This document shows positions 34,023 to 42,164 of a stretch of 64,000 nucleotides of DNA, one piece after another. Origin of the DNA: a virus (lineage: Duplodnaviria; Caudoviricetes). The stretch is from the IMG/VR virus record IMGVR_UViG_3300029982_000009; one strand, given 5' to 3'. The notes below the pieces were generated by a model, which worked only from the letters and a program-made list of their open reading frames with translations, searched no databases and was not told the DNA's origin. Positions within the stretch are counted from its first letter, which is position 1, and each line of letters begins with the position of its first letter. Made by a program: the position numbers and the translations under genes.

Positions 34023-35342
34023 ATGGTTGAGATGAATCACAATGCGATGGTAGCACTAGTCACCCTTAAGAATGCGGGATTTGAATCCTACTTCGCGGGT
34101 GGTTGCGTGCGAGATTCACTGTTGAATCTTCCGGTTCATGATTGGGATCTGGCCACGAGTGCAACTCCTGATCAGGTCACCGAATTGTTTTCTACCTCGA
34201 AATTGGTTGGTAAGAATTTTGGCGTTTCGGTTGTTAATGTGAATGGTGAGCAGTTCGAAGTTGCAACCTTCCGCGAGGATGGTGCGTATTCTGACAATCG
34301 CCGCCCGGATTCTGTTAAGTTTACAACGGATCCTAGGGAAGATGTTAAGCGCCGTGATTTTACAGTCAATGCACTTCTGATGGACGAATCGGGCAAGGTA
34401 TTTGACTTTGTTAATGGCCTTGCCGACCTCGAAAATAAGGTTTTGCGCACGGTCGGCAATCCTAGCGATCGGTTTCAAGAAGATGCTTTGCGCCTGCTGC
34501 GAGCCGTTCGATTTGCAGCTCGTTTGGGGTTCATGCTTGATCCGCTTACCGTGTCCGCAATGACATTGCGTTCGAAGGATGTTACGACTTTGCCCGCTGA
34601 TCGTGTTGCTGGTGAACTGGCAAAGATTCTTACTGGCGGTAATGTACAGGTAGCTTTTCAGACAATGGACACCACCGGTTTGCTAGTTCATTTTATGCCG
34701 GAACTGTGCAATATGCATGGGGTTACGCAGAATTCAATGTGGCATCCGGAAGGCGATGTGTGGCAGCATACAATGAAGATGCTTTCTATGCTCGAATCCG
34801 GCTGCTCTCTTACGTTGGCGCTTGCAACCTTGCTTCACGATGTAGGGAAGCCGGTCACAGCAAAGACAAATGAAAAGACCGGACATAATCAGTTTCACGG
34901 GCATGAGCACGTTGGGGCTCGTATGGCTGAACGGCTGCTTCGTGATTTTCGGTTTTCAAATGAAGTTGTCGGCACGGTGTCGTCTTTGGTTGAAAATCAT
35001 ATGCGGTTTTTTAACACGGAAAAGATGTCGTTGTCAAAGATGAAGCGGTTTGTTCGTATGGAAAATTTTTCTGAACTGCTTGAACTTAACCGGGTTGACA
35101 GCCTTGGTAGTAATGGCGATCTCACCGCAAACAATTTTTGCCGTGGGTTTCGCGACAACATGAAGGATGAACTTCATCCCGTTCGTTTGCTCACCGGAAA
35201 CGATTTGCTTGCTATGGGATTTAAGGCAGGCCCGGTATTCAAGACTTTGCTAGAAGCGGTCGAAACTGCTCAACTCGAAGGCGTAGTTACTACAAGGGAA
35301 GAAGCGGTAGCGTTGGTTACCGCTTCTTCCGGAAAGGTATAA
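34023..35342 (+). CDS. cca: CCA-adding tRNA nucleotidyltransferase with HD domain
   Basis: GGCVRD, DWDLAT, EVATFR, RRDFTVNA, EDALRLLRAVRF, LLHDVGKP. Confidence 0.92.
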   Translation: MVEMNHNAMVALVTLKNAGFESYFAGGCVRDSLLNLPVHDWDLATSATPDQVTELFSTSKLVGKNFGVSVVNVNGEQFEVATFREDGAYSDNRRPDSVKFTTDPREDVKRRDFTVNALLMDESGKVFDFVNGLADLENKVLRTVGNPSDRFQEDALRLLRAVRFAARLGFMLDPLTVSAMTLRSKDVTTLPADRVAGELAKILTGGNVQVAFQTMDTTGLLVHFMPELCNMHGVTQNSMWHPEGDVWQHTMKMLSMLESGCSLTLALATLLHDVGKPVTAKTNEKTGHNQFHGHEHVGARMAERLLRDFRFSNEVVGTVSSLVENHMRFFNTEKMSLSKMKRFVRMENFSELLELNRVDSLGSNGDLTANNFCRGFRDNMKDELHPVRLLTGNDLLAMGFKAGPVFKTLLEAVETAQLEGVVTTREEAVALVTASSGKV

Positions 35343-35345
35343 TCT

Positions 35346-35546
35346 GTGGCTGAAACCTACAAAATCGTTCGGTATTATGCTGATTCCAATAAGCGGAAAC
35401 GAACCATGTATCGAGGATATACTTTGGAGCAAGCACAAGAATGGTGCAAGCGTGAAGATACTAGTTCGGCGACCACGCAAACCCCGTCTGGTAAGGAGGC
35501 AACTCGCCGAATGGGTCCGTGGTTTGAAGGATATGAAAAGGAATAA
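35346..35546 (+). CDS. Small phage hypothetical protein
   Basis: YKIVR...LEQAQEWC...PWFEGY. Confidence 0.6.
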   Translation: MAETYKIVRYYADSNKRKRTMYRGYTLEQAQEWCKREDTSSATTQTPSGKEATRRMGPWFEGYEKE

Positions 35547-35582
35547 ATGCCTCATTACTGAGGCAGAAATGGATGTGTTTGA

Positions 35583-35867
35583 ATGAGTCATTACGGTAAA
35601 AATATGAAGGTTAAAAAGACCGTTGTTGTTTCGTGTTTCGGAAAAAATTACGTAACATCGAAAGGCCTGGGATCAGTATTAGCGGACCAGGCGGCCTCCC
35701 GAGTTCTTGAGCGGATTCGATTTAACGTGCAACTATATGGAACGCCGAATTACTCGAACCGCCACGAAAACTTTTTAGCTCTTTGGAGAAAGAATCATGC
35801 GCGTGTTCGCGCCAAGTTTTATCGTCGTGCATTACCTATTTTGAAGAAATTGTTTGAAGAGGAATAA
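35583..35867 (+). CDS. Basic hypothetical protein
   Basis: 94 aa in operon. Confidence 0.55.
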   Translation: MSHYGKNMKVKKTVVVSCFGKNYVTSKGLGSVLADQAASRVLERIRFNVQLYGTPNYSNRHENFLALWRKNHARVRAKFYRRALPILKKLFEEE

Positions 35868-36074
35868 ATGCCTGATTTTTACGAACTAACAGGAACGAAG
35901 AATAAAAACCCACTATATCGAATTGTAGTTCAGTCTAGATATTCGGACGACGAATCTTCGGCCTTCGGTAGGAGGATAGTAGTTCAGTATTATCGATTTT
36001 ATGGGAAGAATTCTCTTAAGGAAGCCGAAGAGTTTATTCGAGATCGTAATTTGATTGAACGATTTTCTCTATAA
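35868..36074 (+). CDS. Small protein with EAE...LIERFSL tail
   Basis: 68 aa; C-terminus resembles the LSE-tail family. Confidence 0.6.
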   Translation: MPDFYELTGTKNKNPLYRIVVQSRYSDDESSAFGRRIVVQYYRFYGKNSLKEAEEFIRDRNLIERFSL

Positions 36075-36152
36075 TTTTGGGATGTTGCTTGACTTTTCAT
36101 GCTAAATAGTTTACACTGGTAATGTGAGTAAAATCACAGGAAGCAGGACATT

Positions 36153-36443
36153 ATGAACTGGATGAACGAAATTGATTCTGAAATCGCTATTAAAATTCGT
36201 GAAGCAGGTAATCATGTAATTGTTGTACCTGCGCAAAACAGTTCTGCGCCCATTGATACCTTCGATGTTTATAATGGCGCAGCAAATGAATTTATCGCAA
36301 TTGATGTACCCGAGCAAACAGCCCGCGAGCTTTCCGCAATCTGGAATGGTCTATTAGATAATGGCGAGCAAGTTTCCAATATTCGAAAAATTAATCTTGC
36401 GTGGTTAACTGGTGTTCCTGCGGGAAAGCGATATGCAAGGTAA
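36153..36443 (+). CDS. Hypothetical early protein
   Basis: 96 aa; TTGACT-17-TACACT promoter at 36089-36117; AGGA RBS. Confidence 0.65.
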   Translation: MNWMNEIDSEIAIKIREAGNHVIVVPAQNSSAPIDTFDVYNGAANEFIAIDVPEQTARELSAIWNGLLDNGEQVSNIRKINLAWLTGVPAGKRYAR

Positions 36444-36684
36444 GAAGAAAATTTCTTTAAACTTTGCATTTGGTAAGATTTGTAGGCCGCCTATCTGGGA
36501 TGGGTATCGCGCCGCATTTAAATTGTTGCCGAAGGAAAATGAAAAATATCCTGTGGAAATTAAACATTATGATATAAAAACCGGTATGCTTATTGCCCCC
36601 GGTGACATATGCAATATATGATTCATTGAAAGAAGCCGAATCAGCGATTTTAATCGAAAGCTTATCAGAATAAGAAAGGATATT

Positions 36685-36852
36685 ATGAAGCAGAAGACAT
36701 CTGAATTTGAAACGACCAAGGCCGCCCTTGATTTTATTGATTCTCTCAGAAAAGAAAAAGTTGCCGGATATCTAAATTTGTCAAAAAATAAAGATGGCAG
36801 TTATGCCTGGTTGGTGACGTACACTCCCAAGAAAGGTATGAAATTTGAATAG
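36685..36852 (+). CDS. Small hypothetical protein (55 aa)
   Basis: Manual translation MKQKTSEFETTK...; AAGGA RBS; below the ORF-track cutoff. Confidence 0.5.
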   Translation: MKQKTSEFETTKAALDFIDSLRKEKVAGYLNLSKNKDGSYAWLVTYTPKKGMKFE

Positions 36853-37072
36853 GTGTGATAAATCCGAGGTGAATTACCACTTCATTGTGAAAACTTCCTT
36901 GAAGATCGTTAAAGATGATCGGGTAGATAATAAATGGAACGTTATTAAAACCTACGATTTTTCAAATAGTCGAAATCCATGCGACGAGTGTATTCCTCCT
37001 ACGGTTATTCATTCGTGCTCTACAAAAAAGGAAGCAGAAGATTGGTTATTGCTCGAAAGATTAAGTATGTAG
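36845..37072 (+). CDS. Small LSE-tail family protein
   Basis: ...TKKEAEDWLLLERLSM. Confidence 0.6.
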   Translation: MNRCDKSEVNYHFIVKTSLKIVKDDRVDNKWNVIKTYDFSNSRNPCDECIPPTVIHSCSTKKEAEDWLLLERLSM

Positions 37073-37100
37073 TAATAAGTCCGAATCCTTTCTGATTCGG

Positions 37101-37142
37101 TGGTGGAGGCGGCGCATGTTGATTATCGCTTCGTGCGCCCCC
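37101..37142 (-). ncRNA. Putative tRNA-Ala/tmRNA acceptor minihelix ending in CCA
   Basis: GGGGGCG...CGCCTCC-A-CCA 7-bp stem with G3:U70, followed by hairpin CCGAATC-AGAAAG-GATTCGG. Confidence 0.45.
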
Positions 37143-37343
37143 AATTTTAAATATGAAAAATAATATGATTTTATGCAGTTGATTTAAAAGAATTAAGATG
37201 GTATCGAGCTCGAGGATAGAAATCGATATCCTGAATGGAGTATCACCGATTGCAAATATTCTTAAATTAGACTTATTTAAGGTGTATCATATTTGTAAGG
37301 CGCAAATACCAACGTTCGATATCTTCTTAATATTAGGAGTGAT

Positions 37344-37625
37344 ATGCGACAATTTTTAATCGATTTTCTGAAAGCAGTAGAAGCCGATATTCCGCCGCCG
37401 GCGCGTTGCCATCATGTATTGACCTACGCTAGATATGGTAGTAATGACACCGGTTGGGAAGATAAGCTCGCTCTTCAAATTAATGATGCCGGAGATTTTA
37501 AGTGCTTTTTCCTAGAGGATTCCGACTTGTTAGATATACCTAAATTAATAATCGAAATTAAAGAGAGTTTGAATTCATCAGACACCGGCCAATTAGGTGT
37601 TAGTATTGGGCAATATGTAAAATAA
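37344..37625 (+). CDS. Hypothetical protein
   Basis: 93 aa with AGGAG RBS. Confidence 0.6.
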   Translation: MRQFLIDFLKAVEADIPPPARCHHVLTYARYGSNDTGWEDKLALQINDAGDFKCFFLEDSDLLDIPKLIIEIKESLNSSDTGQLGVSIGQYVK

Positions 37626-37679
37626 GTTGTTGCTATATTTTTATTATTGTTGTATACTATAAATATTGAGGAAATAAAA

Positions 37680-38339
37680 GTGAATATTAAGGTTAATTGG
37701 AATTCGATTGATTCGCTGAAAGGTAAAGTTCGATATTTAAAATCTAGAATTCGAGCGTTAGAAAAGAATGGTCTAGGAGCGGAGAATATCGTTAGGCAGG
37801 GTCCAAAATTCGAAGCATATAATTCTATATGGAATTCCGATATTAGCTCGATTTATGAAGATTTAGAATTATCAAACGAAAAGAAATATTTTGTGTATGC
37901 TCACTTGAATCCATTGTTTGATCTTGATTTAGAAAAAGCAAAAGACGCGTTTGCCGCTAGCCTGGGTATGGAGTATGTTCCTTTTTATATAGGAAAAGGA
38001 GTAAATGATCGTGATAAAAATTCGCGGCGAAATGAAACACATCGAAAAATTTTGCAATCTATAAATTCGTTAAATGAAAAGCATATAGTATTTCGAGTTA
38101 AAGGAAGTTTAACTGAAGCAGAAGCATTTCAAGCTGAATCTAAATTAATCGATATTTTTGGACTTTTAACTAATGGTGGTTTATTAACTAATTTGGATGA
38201 AGGGCATCATGCAATACTCAGAAAAAGATTATATCGGGATCATCTTAAGACATTGTGTACTAATTCAGTCGGTTATGCAAAAGTAATGAAAGAATTGTAT
38301 TCGAAACCAATTATGATCAACGAAAAAAAATTTGCATAA
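37680..38339 (+). CDS. GIY-YIG (LEM-3/Seg-like) homing endonuclease
   Basis: YFVYAH...PFYIGKG..DR, EAEAFQAESKLI, LTN; GTG start after TTGCTA-17-TATACT promoter (37630-37658). Confidence 0.82.
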   Translation: MNIKVNWNSIDSLKGKVRYLKSRIRALEKNGLGAENIVRQGPKFEAYNSIWNSDISSIYEDLELSNEKKYFVYAHLNPLFDLDLEKAKDAFAASLGMEYVPFYIGKGVNDRDKNSRRNETHRKILQSINSLNEKHIVFRVKGSLTEAEAFQAESKLIDIFGLLTNGGLLTNLDEGHHAILRKRLYRDHLKTLCTNSVGYAKVMKELYSKPIMINEKKFA

Positions 38340-38340
38340 G

Positions 38341-38694
38341 TTAGAGTCGTACGAAGCATGAATTTCTTTATGCGGACCGGAGTTCAACTCTCCGCGCGTC
38401 CAAAAGAATACTGAACTAGTTAGATAGTTTCGTATTAGATGGATGTGGTGTTACACCCCAGTATTCTACTAGGGCGCGTCACGGTTTCGACGGATAAATG
38501 AAAGTCATGTGGACGGCTTGGGTCTTTGTTATTTTCGCCCATAATTGAAAAATGATATGTATAATTGCCGATTCAATCGTCAATGGCGCGACCAAGATTT
38601 TTACGTACCCTGTAAAAATTAGCAATCGCGAGCTCGCACTAGCCTAAAAACTGTGCGCCGTAGGGTGACCCCGCCTATGTAAAAGAAACGGGGT
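38341..38694 (+). ncRNA. ssrA: Circularly permuted (two-piece) tmRNA
   Basis: T-arm CGGAG-TTCAACT-CTCCG plus CGCGTCC-A (38378-38402) precedes the 5' strand GGGCGCG-TCACGGTTTCGAC (38472); G3:U70; tag ORF 38567-38647; pseudoknots on both sides of the tag. Outer ends approximate. Confidence 0.9.
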
Positions 38695-38705
38695 ATACAA
38701 ATTGT

Positions 38706-38867
38706 ATGAATACTGAATATACATATGAAATTTTGCCACCTATATTAATATGCGATAGATGGCTAGTTTATCGCTTAGATTATCGAGGGCTCGCCCAATT
38801 TTTACGAGTATTTGATACTGAAATCGAAGCTAAAAATTATATTTTGATAGAAAAATTATCCGAATGA
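38706..38867 (+). CDS. Small LSE-tail family protein (53 aa)
   Basis: Manual translation ...FDTEIEAKNYILIEKLSE; ATGA overlap with next gene. Confidence 0.6.
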   Translation: MNTEYTYEILPPILICDRWLVYRLDYRGLAQFLRVFDTEIEAKNYILIEKLSE

Positions 38868-39100
38868 ATCTTGATACCAAATTAATAATTGAGATGTGCA
38901 AAAATTTTACGTTTTCCGAGATACAGCCATTGCCGAAATTAATTAGAGAATATCGAATAGAAGAGCTGGGTAATTGGTATGGAATTCAAACTCGATTTCA
39001 TTCAATATTGCGGGGCGGCTGGTATTATCTTAGCCCAGAGTTATATACAACGAAGGAAGAAGCGGAAGCTGCATTACTAATTTTAAAATTGTCCGAATAA
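38864..39100 (+). CDS. Small LSE-tail family protein
   Basis: ...YTTKEEAEAALLILKLSE. Confidence 0.68.
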   Translation: MNLDTKLIIEMCKNFTFSEIQPLPKLIREYRIEELGNWYGIQTRFHSILRGGWYYLSPELYTTKEEAEAALLILKLSE

Positions 39101-39109
39101 TAAAACAGA

Positions 39110-39373
39110 TTGGATTCACAAATGAATGAAACAAAATATCAAATTGGAGATCGGGTTGTAGTATACGGCAATATTTTTGATAGGTTTTCCGCTCGCACGC
39201 GAGAAGAGTGCATAGTAATGGCGTGTACTAATACCAACCGTTGTTATAAAATACGAAGTTGCCGTATGCATAGAGTATTCTTTTTCCCGTTAGAACGATG
39301 GATAGACACGGTAGATATTTATGGCCGAATTGCCACGGTGAGCGATCAACTAGATGATCGACTATCAGAATGA
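39110..39373 (+). CDS. Small LSE-tail family protein
   Basis: KYQIGDRV...LDDRLSE; true start probably an ATG at 39122-39125. Confidence 0.6.
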   Translation: MDSQMNETKYQIGDRVVVYGNIFDRFSARTREECIVMACTNTNRCYKIRSCRMHRVFFFPLERWIDTVDIYGRIATVSDQLDDRLSE

Positions 39374-39525
39374 AATATAAGATAGAAAGTTATAAAACTA
39401 TAACCGGGCTAATTAGATGGTGTATACGTCCTTATTTTAATGGACAATGGTATGTACGATCTGGCCCGTTTGCATCTGAAGCAGAAGCCAATTCTGCATT
39501 ATTGATTATGAAATTATCCGAGTAA
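39370..39525 (+). CDS. Small LSE-tail family protein (51 aa)
   Basis: Manual translation ...FASEAEANSALLIMKLSE. Confidence 0.62.
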   Translation: MKYKIESYKTITGLIRWCIRPYFNGQWYVRSGPFASEAEANSALLIMKLSE

Positions 39526-39527
39526 TT

Positions 39528-39722
39528 ATGCCAAAACTTCAATCAACCTGGTATCTATCAGATGCCGTTGTTAACGCATATCCTACTAGAATATATCCAG
39601 CCGAAGGCAATACATTTGGTATTCAAGTTAACATGCTTGAAGATTGGTTTTGGTTGAAGGATCGATATATTACTGCTCACGAAGCCAAGTCTGCATTATT
39701 GATTATGAAATTATCTGAATAA
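39528..39722 (+). CDS. Small LSE-tail family protein
   Basis: ...YITAHEAKSALLIMKLSE. Confidence 0.66.
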   Translation: MPKLQSTWYLSDAVVNAYPTRIYPAEGNTFGIQVNMLEDWFWLKDRYITAHEAKSALLIMKLSE

Positions 39723-39732
39723 GAAAGATGTA

Positions 39733-40305
39733 ATGACAAAGAATTTATCATCACAAAAAATTAGTTTTATGGATTTAGAAATGTTATGCTGGCCGGATGG
39801 AAAATGCCCATTGGGCCAATCGAAGCATATCATTCAAGTCGGTATATGTGAAATTGACTCATACGATTTGAAAATTACTCGAACAGCTAATTATTATATT
39901 CGTCCGAATTATAAAGATTTTGAAGTATCTGAGTATTGTACTAACCTCACCGGAATAACAAAAGAATTATTATTAAAAGAAGGGAGACGATTTTCGGATG
40001 TTATGAATACCATTCGAAATGAATTTTCTCCGCGAGGAAAAGTTTCTTACGCATGGGGATCGGACAATGATGCTATCATTGAGCAATGTTTAAAAGATAA
40101 TATTGAAAATCCTTGGGGTAATACCGGTATTTGGGATTTGGGTGTTATTTTTCGAAGTAACTATTCGATCAAGAAAAAATTGACGTTAGCAAATGCGTTA
40201 AAATATCTTCATTTAACATTCGAAGGAAAACCGCATAGCGCAGTAACGGATGCTATTAATTTAGGAAGGCTGCATATTGAAATGATTCGAAAGATTCGAG
40301 GATAA
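39733..40305 (+). CDS. DEDDh 3'-5' exonuclease (KapD/ERI1-like)
   Basis: FMDLEMLCW, IIQVGI, WGSD, HSAVTDA. Confidence 0.88.
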   Translation: MTKNLSSQKISFMDLEMLCWPDGKCPLGQSKHIIQVGICEIDSYDLKITRTANYYIRPNYKDFEVSEYCTNLTGITKELLLKEGRRFSDVMNTIRNEFSPRGKVSYAWGSDNDAIIEQCLKDNIENPWGNTGIWDLGVIFRSNYSIKKKLTLANALKYLHLTFEGKPHSAVTDAINLGRLHIEMIRKIRG

Positions 40306-40306
40306 T

Positions 40307-40741
40307 ATGAAAATAGAATTAGATAGGGAAGAAATTGAAACTCTTCTAAATTTATTATCGCCGTTCTCTAATCCGGATAGTTGGGATGATGAAAAGTTAA
40401 CTCATCTTGAAAATCGAATTAAACACCAATTGTCGAGGTTGTTTGCATTTTCAATGAGATATTCATCAAAGATATTCTTTCCTGGTGAATGGTCGATTGA
40501 ATTACTACAGCAGTATATTTTAAGTAATTCGGATAAACCTATTTTTATATTTTGCGAGAACCGCGGTATTTTACCCAGTATAATTCAAGAGAATTTAAAG
40601 GTGTGGGCGGTCTTTATTTCGGCGAATTTTTTGGAAAGTAATAGGAATGACCGTATGACATTTTCAAATGGGAATACCGTTATTTTTGCTGATCCAGAAA
40701 AAGAATTGCGTGGGTACAATTTTGATGTGATATTTTTGTAA
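40307..40741 (+). CDS. Hypothetical protein
   Basis: 144 aa; C-terminal ELRGYNFDVIF is reminiscent of an ATPase fragment. Confidence 0.55.
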   Translation: MKIELDREEIETLLNLLSPFSNPDSWDDEKLTHLENRIKHQLSRLFAFSMRYSSKIFFPGEWSIELLQQYILSNSDKPIFIFCENRGILPSIIQENLKVWAVFISANFLESNRNDRMTFSNGNTVIFADPEKELRGYNFDVIFL

Positions 40742-40772
40742 CTGTATGCTATAATAAATTACTAGGAGATAT

Positions 40773-41321
40773 ATGAATATTATTTCAAAAGAAATTCGAA
40801 TAGATTACGGCCACCGAGTGGCAAGACACCAAAATGCAGAAGGCGGACCAGGGAAATGTTCATCCTGTCACGGGCATTCGGGTGTGATTATTGCAGAAAT
40901 GGTGGGTGAGTTATTCGGTAGCGGCCCGCAAACTGAAATGGTTCTTGATTATGGAATTCTTAAAAATTTAATGATGACCCATATTGATGCAATGTGCGAT
41001 CATGCCATGATTATTTCCTTACAAGATGCGAAGTATGTTGGTCTGGCATATGAAGAGTCCTTGCCCTCAGCTAAGGGCATTATCTTTTCTGATTGGGTAA
41101 ATAAAATTACGGAAACTGTTCGACAACATTCGTTTTGGTCAGGAAAAACTGCATTTGGTAAAACATATATTATTAATGAGTTTCCTACGGCGGAATCTTT
41201 GGCAGAACATTTTTTCTATATACTAGCGCCGCAAATTTTAGAAGCCACAAATAAACAGGCATACCTTACCGGTGTTACTTTTAAGGAAACGCCAACTTCT
41301 GTTGCAATTTATCGTCCATAG
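40773..41321 (+). CDS. queD: 6-carboxy-5,6,7,8-tetrahydropterin synthase (QueD)
   Basis: GHRV, C-x2-CHGHS, LDYG, CDHA, PTAE.LA, ETPTS. Confidence 0.9.
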   Translation: MNIISKEIRIDYGHRVARHQNAEGGPGKCSSCHGHSGVIIAEMVGELFGSGPQTEMVLDYGILKNLMMTHIDAMCDHAMIISLQDAKYVGLAYEESLPSAKGIIFSDWVNKITETVRQHSFWSGKTAFGKTYIINEFPTAESLAEHFFYILAPQILEATNKQAYLTGVTFKETPTSVAIYRP

Positions 41322-41348
41322 AAATTAATCTTTTAAACGCGGGTAGTT

Positions 41349-41382
41349 AGAAACGGCCAATCTTAGTGATTGGTCGTTTCTC
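41349..41382 (+). terminator. Intrinsic terminator
   Basis: AGAAACGGCCAATC-TTAGT-GATTGGTCGTTTCT followed by CTTT. Confidence 0.75.
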
Positions 41383-41513
41383 TTTGTAAAAAATATTCAT
41401 TAACGTGAGCCGCCACATTTATGCGGCAGGCCACACAACTCGCTTATATCTACTAACTCTAGTTATTGGTTTTACATTTGCGAGTTGGATATAAATATAA
41501 GAGAGGAATCTTA

Positions 41514-42164
41514 ATGGCTATCAAGCAAAATTCTAGAATTCAAATTCGTTCGGGCCTTCAGCAGAATTTGCCGCAATTGGCGAAAGGTGAACTTTGCTGG
41601 GCTGTAGATACTCAACGATTATTTGTTGGAAATGGAACCATCGTCGACGGCGCCCCATATTCTGGCAACACCGAAATTGTTACTGTTCCTAATTCAACGG
41701 AAACTAGTTCCGGCTCAGGTCTTCCGATTGCCGGAGTTCCGTCCGGCTCAGTTGATGGAAGCAATAATGTTTTTCATCTTCCATCCACGCCGATGGGAAA
41801 TACATTAATTGTATGGAAAAATTTTCCATTAATACCTGGGGTAGGATATTCTATCGCCGGAAGCACAATTACTTTTACAGAAGCTCCGCAGCCGGACGAT
41901 AATTTATATTTTTTTTATTGGCAGTATTTAATATCTACTGGAAGTTCAACCGTATATGGAAATACTACGGTATCCGGCATTATAAATGGTGTCAACTTAA
42001 TTTTTAATTTGGCATCTTTACCGTCAACGCCGGATTCACTTATTTTGACGTTAGGCGGGGTAGTCTTATCACAAAATGACGATTACACGTTATCGGGAAC
42101 TACTATTACTATGTTTACAGCACCGCAAACAAATTCTATATTGAAGGCTTATTATGTTAGCTAA
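41514..42164 (+). CDS. Tail-associated structural protein (Mtd-N-like GELxxxxD motif)
   Basis: RIQIRSG...LAKGELCWAVDTQRLFVGNG; TATAAATA at 41490-41497; GAGGA RBS. Confidence 0.7.
   Translation: MAIKQNSRIQIRSGLQQNLPQLAKGELCWAVDTQRLFVGNGTIVDGAPYSGNTEIVTVPNSTETSSGSGLPIAGVPSGSVDGSNNVFHLPSTPMGNTLIVWKNFPLIPGVGYSIAGSTITFTEAPQPDDNLYFFYWQYLISTGSSTVYGNTTVSGIINGVNLIFNLASLPSTPDSLILTLGGVVLSQNDDYTLSGTTITMFTAPQTNSILKAYYVS

Noticed and set aside
37101-37142. Full tRNA-Ala gene
   Set aside because: Only 42 nt with no D, anticodon or T arm; kept as a minihelix candidate instead.
41322-41513. preQ1 riboswitch near queD
   Set aside because: The region is downstream of queD and explained by a terminator plus a late promoter; no preQ1 consensus was seen.
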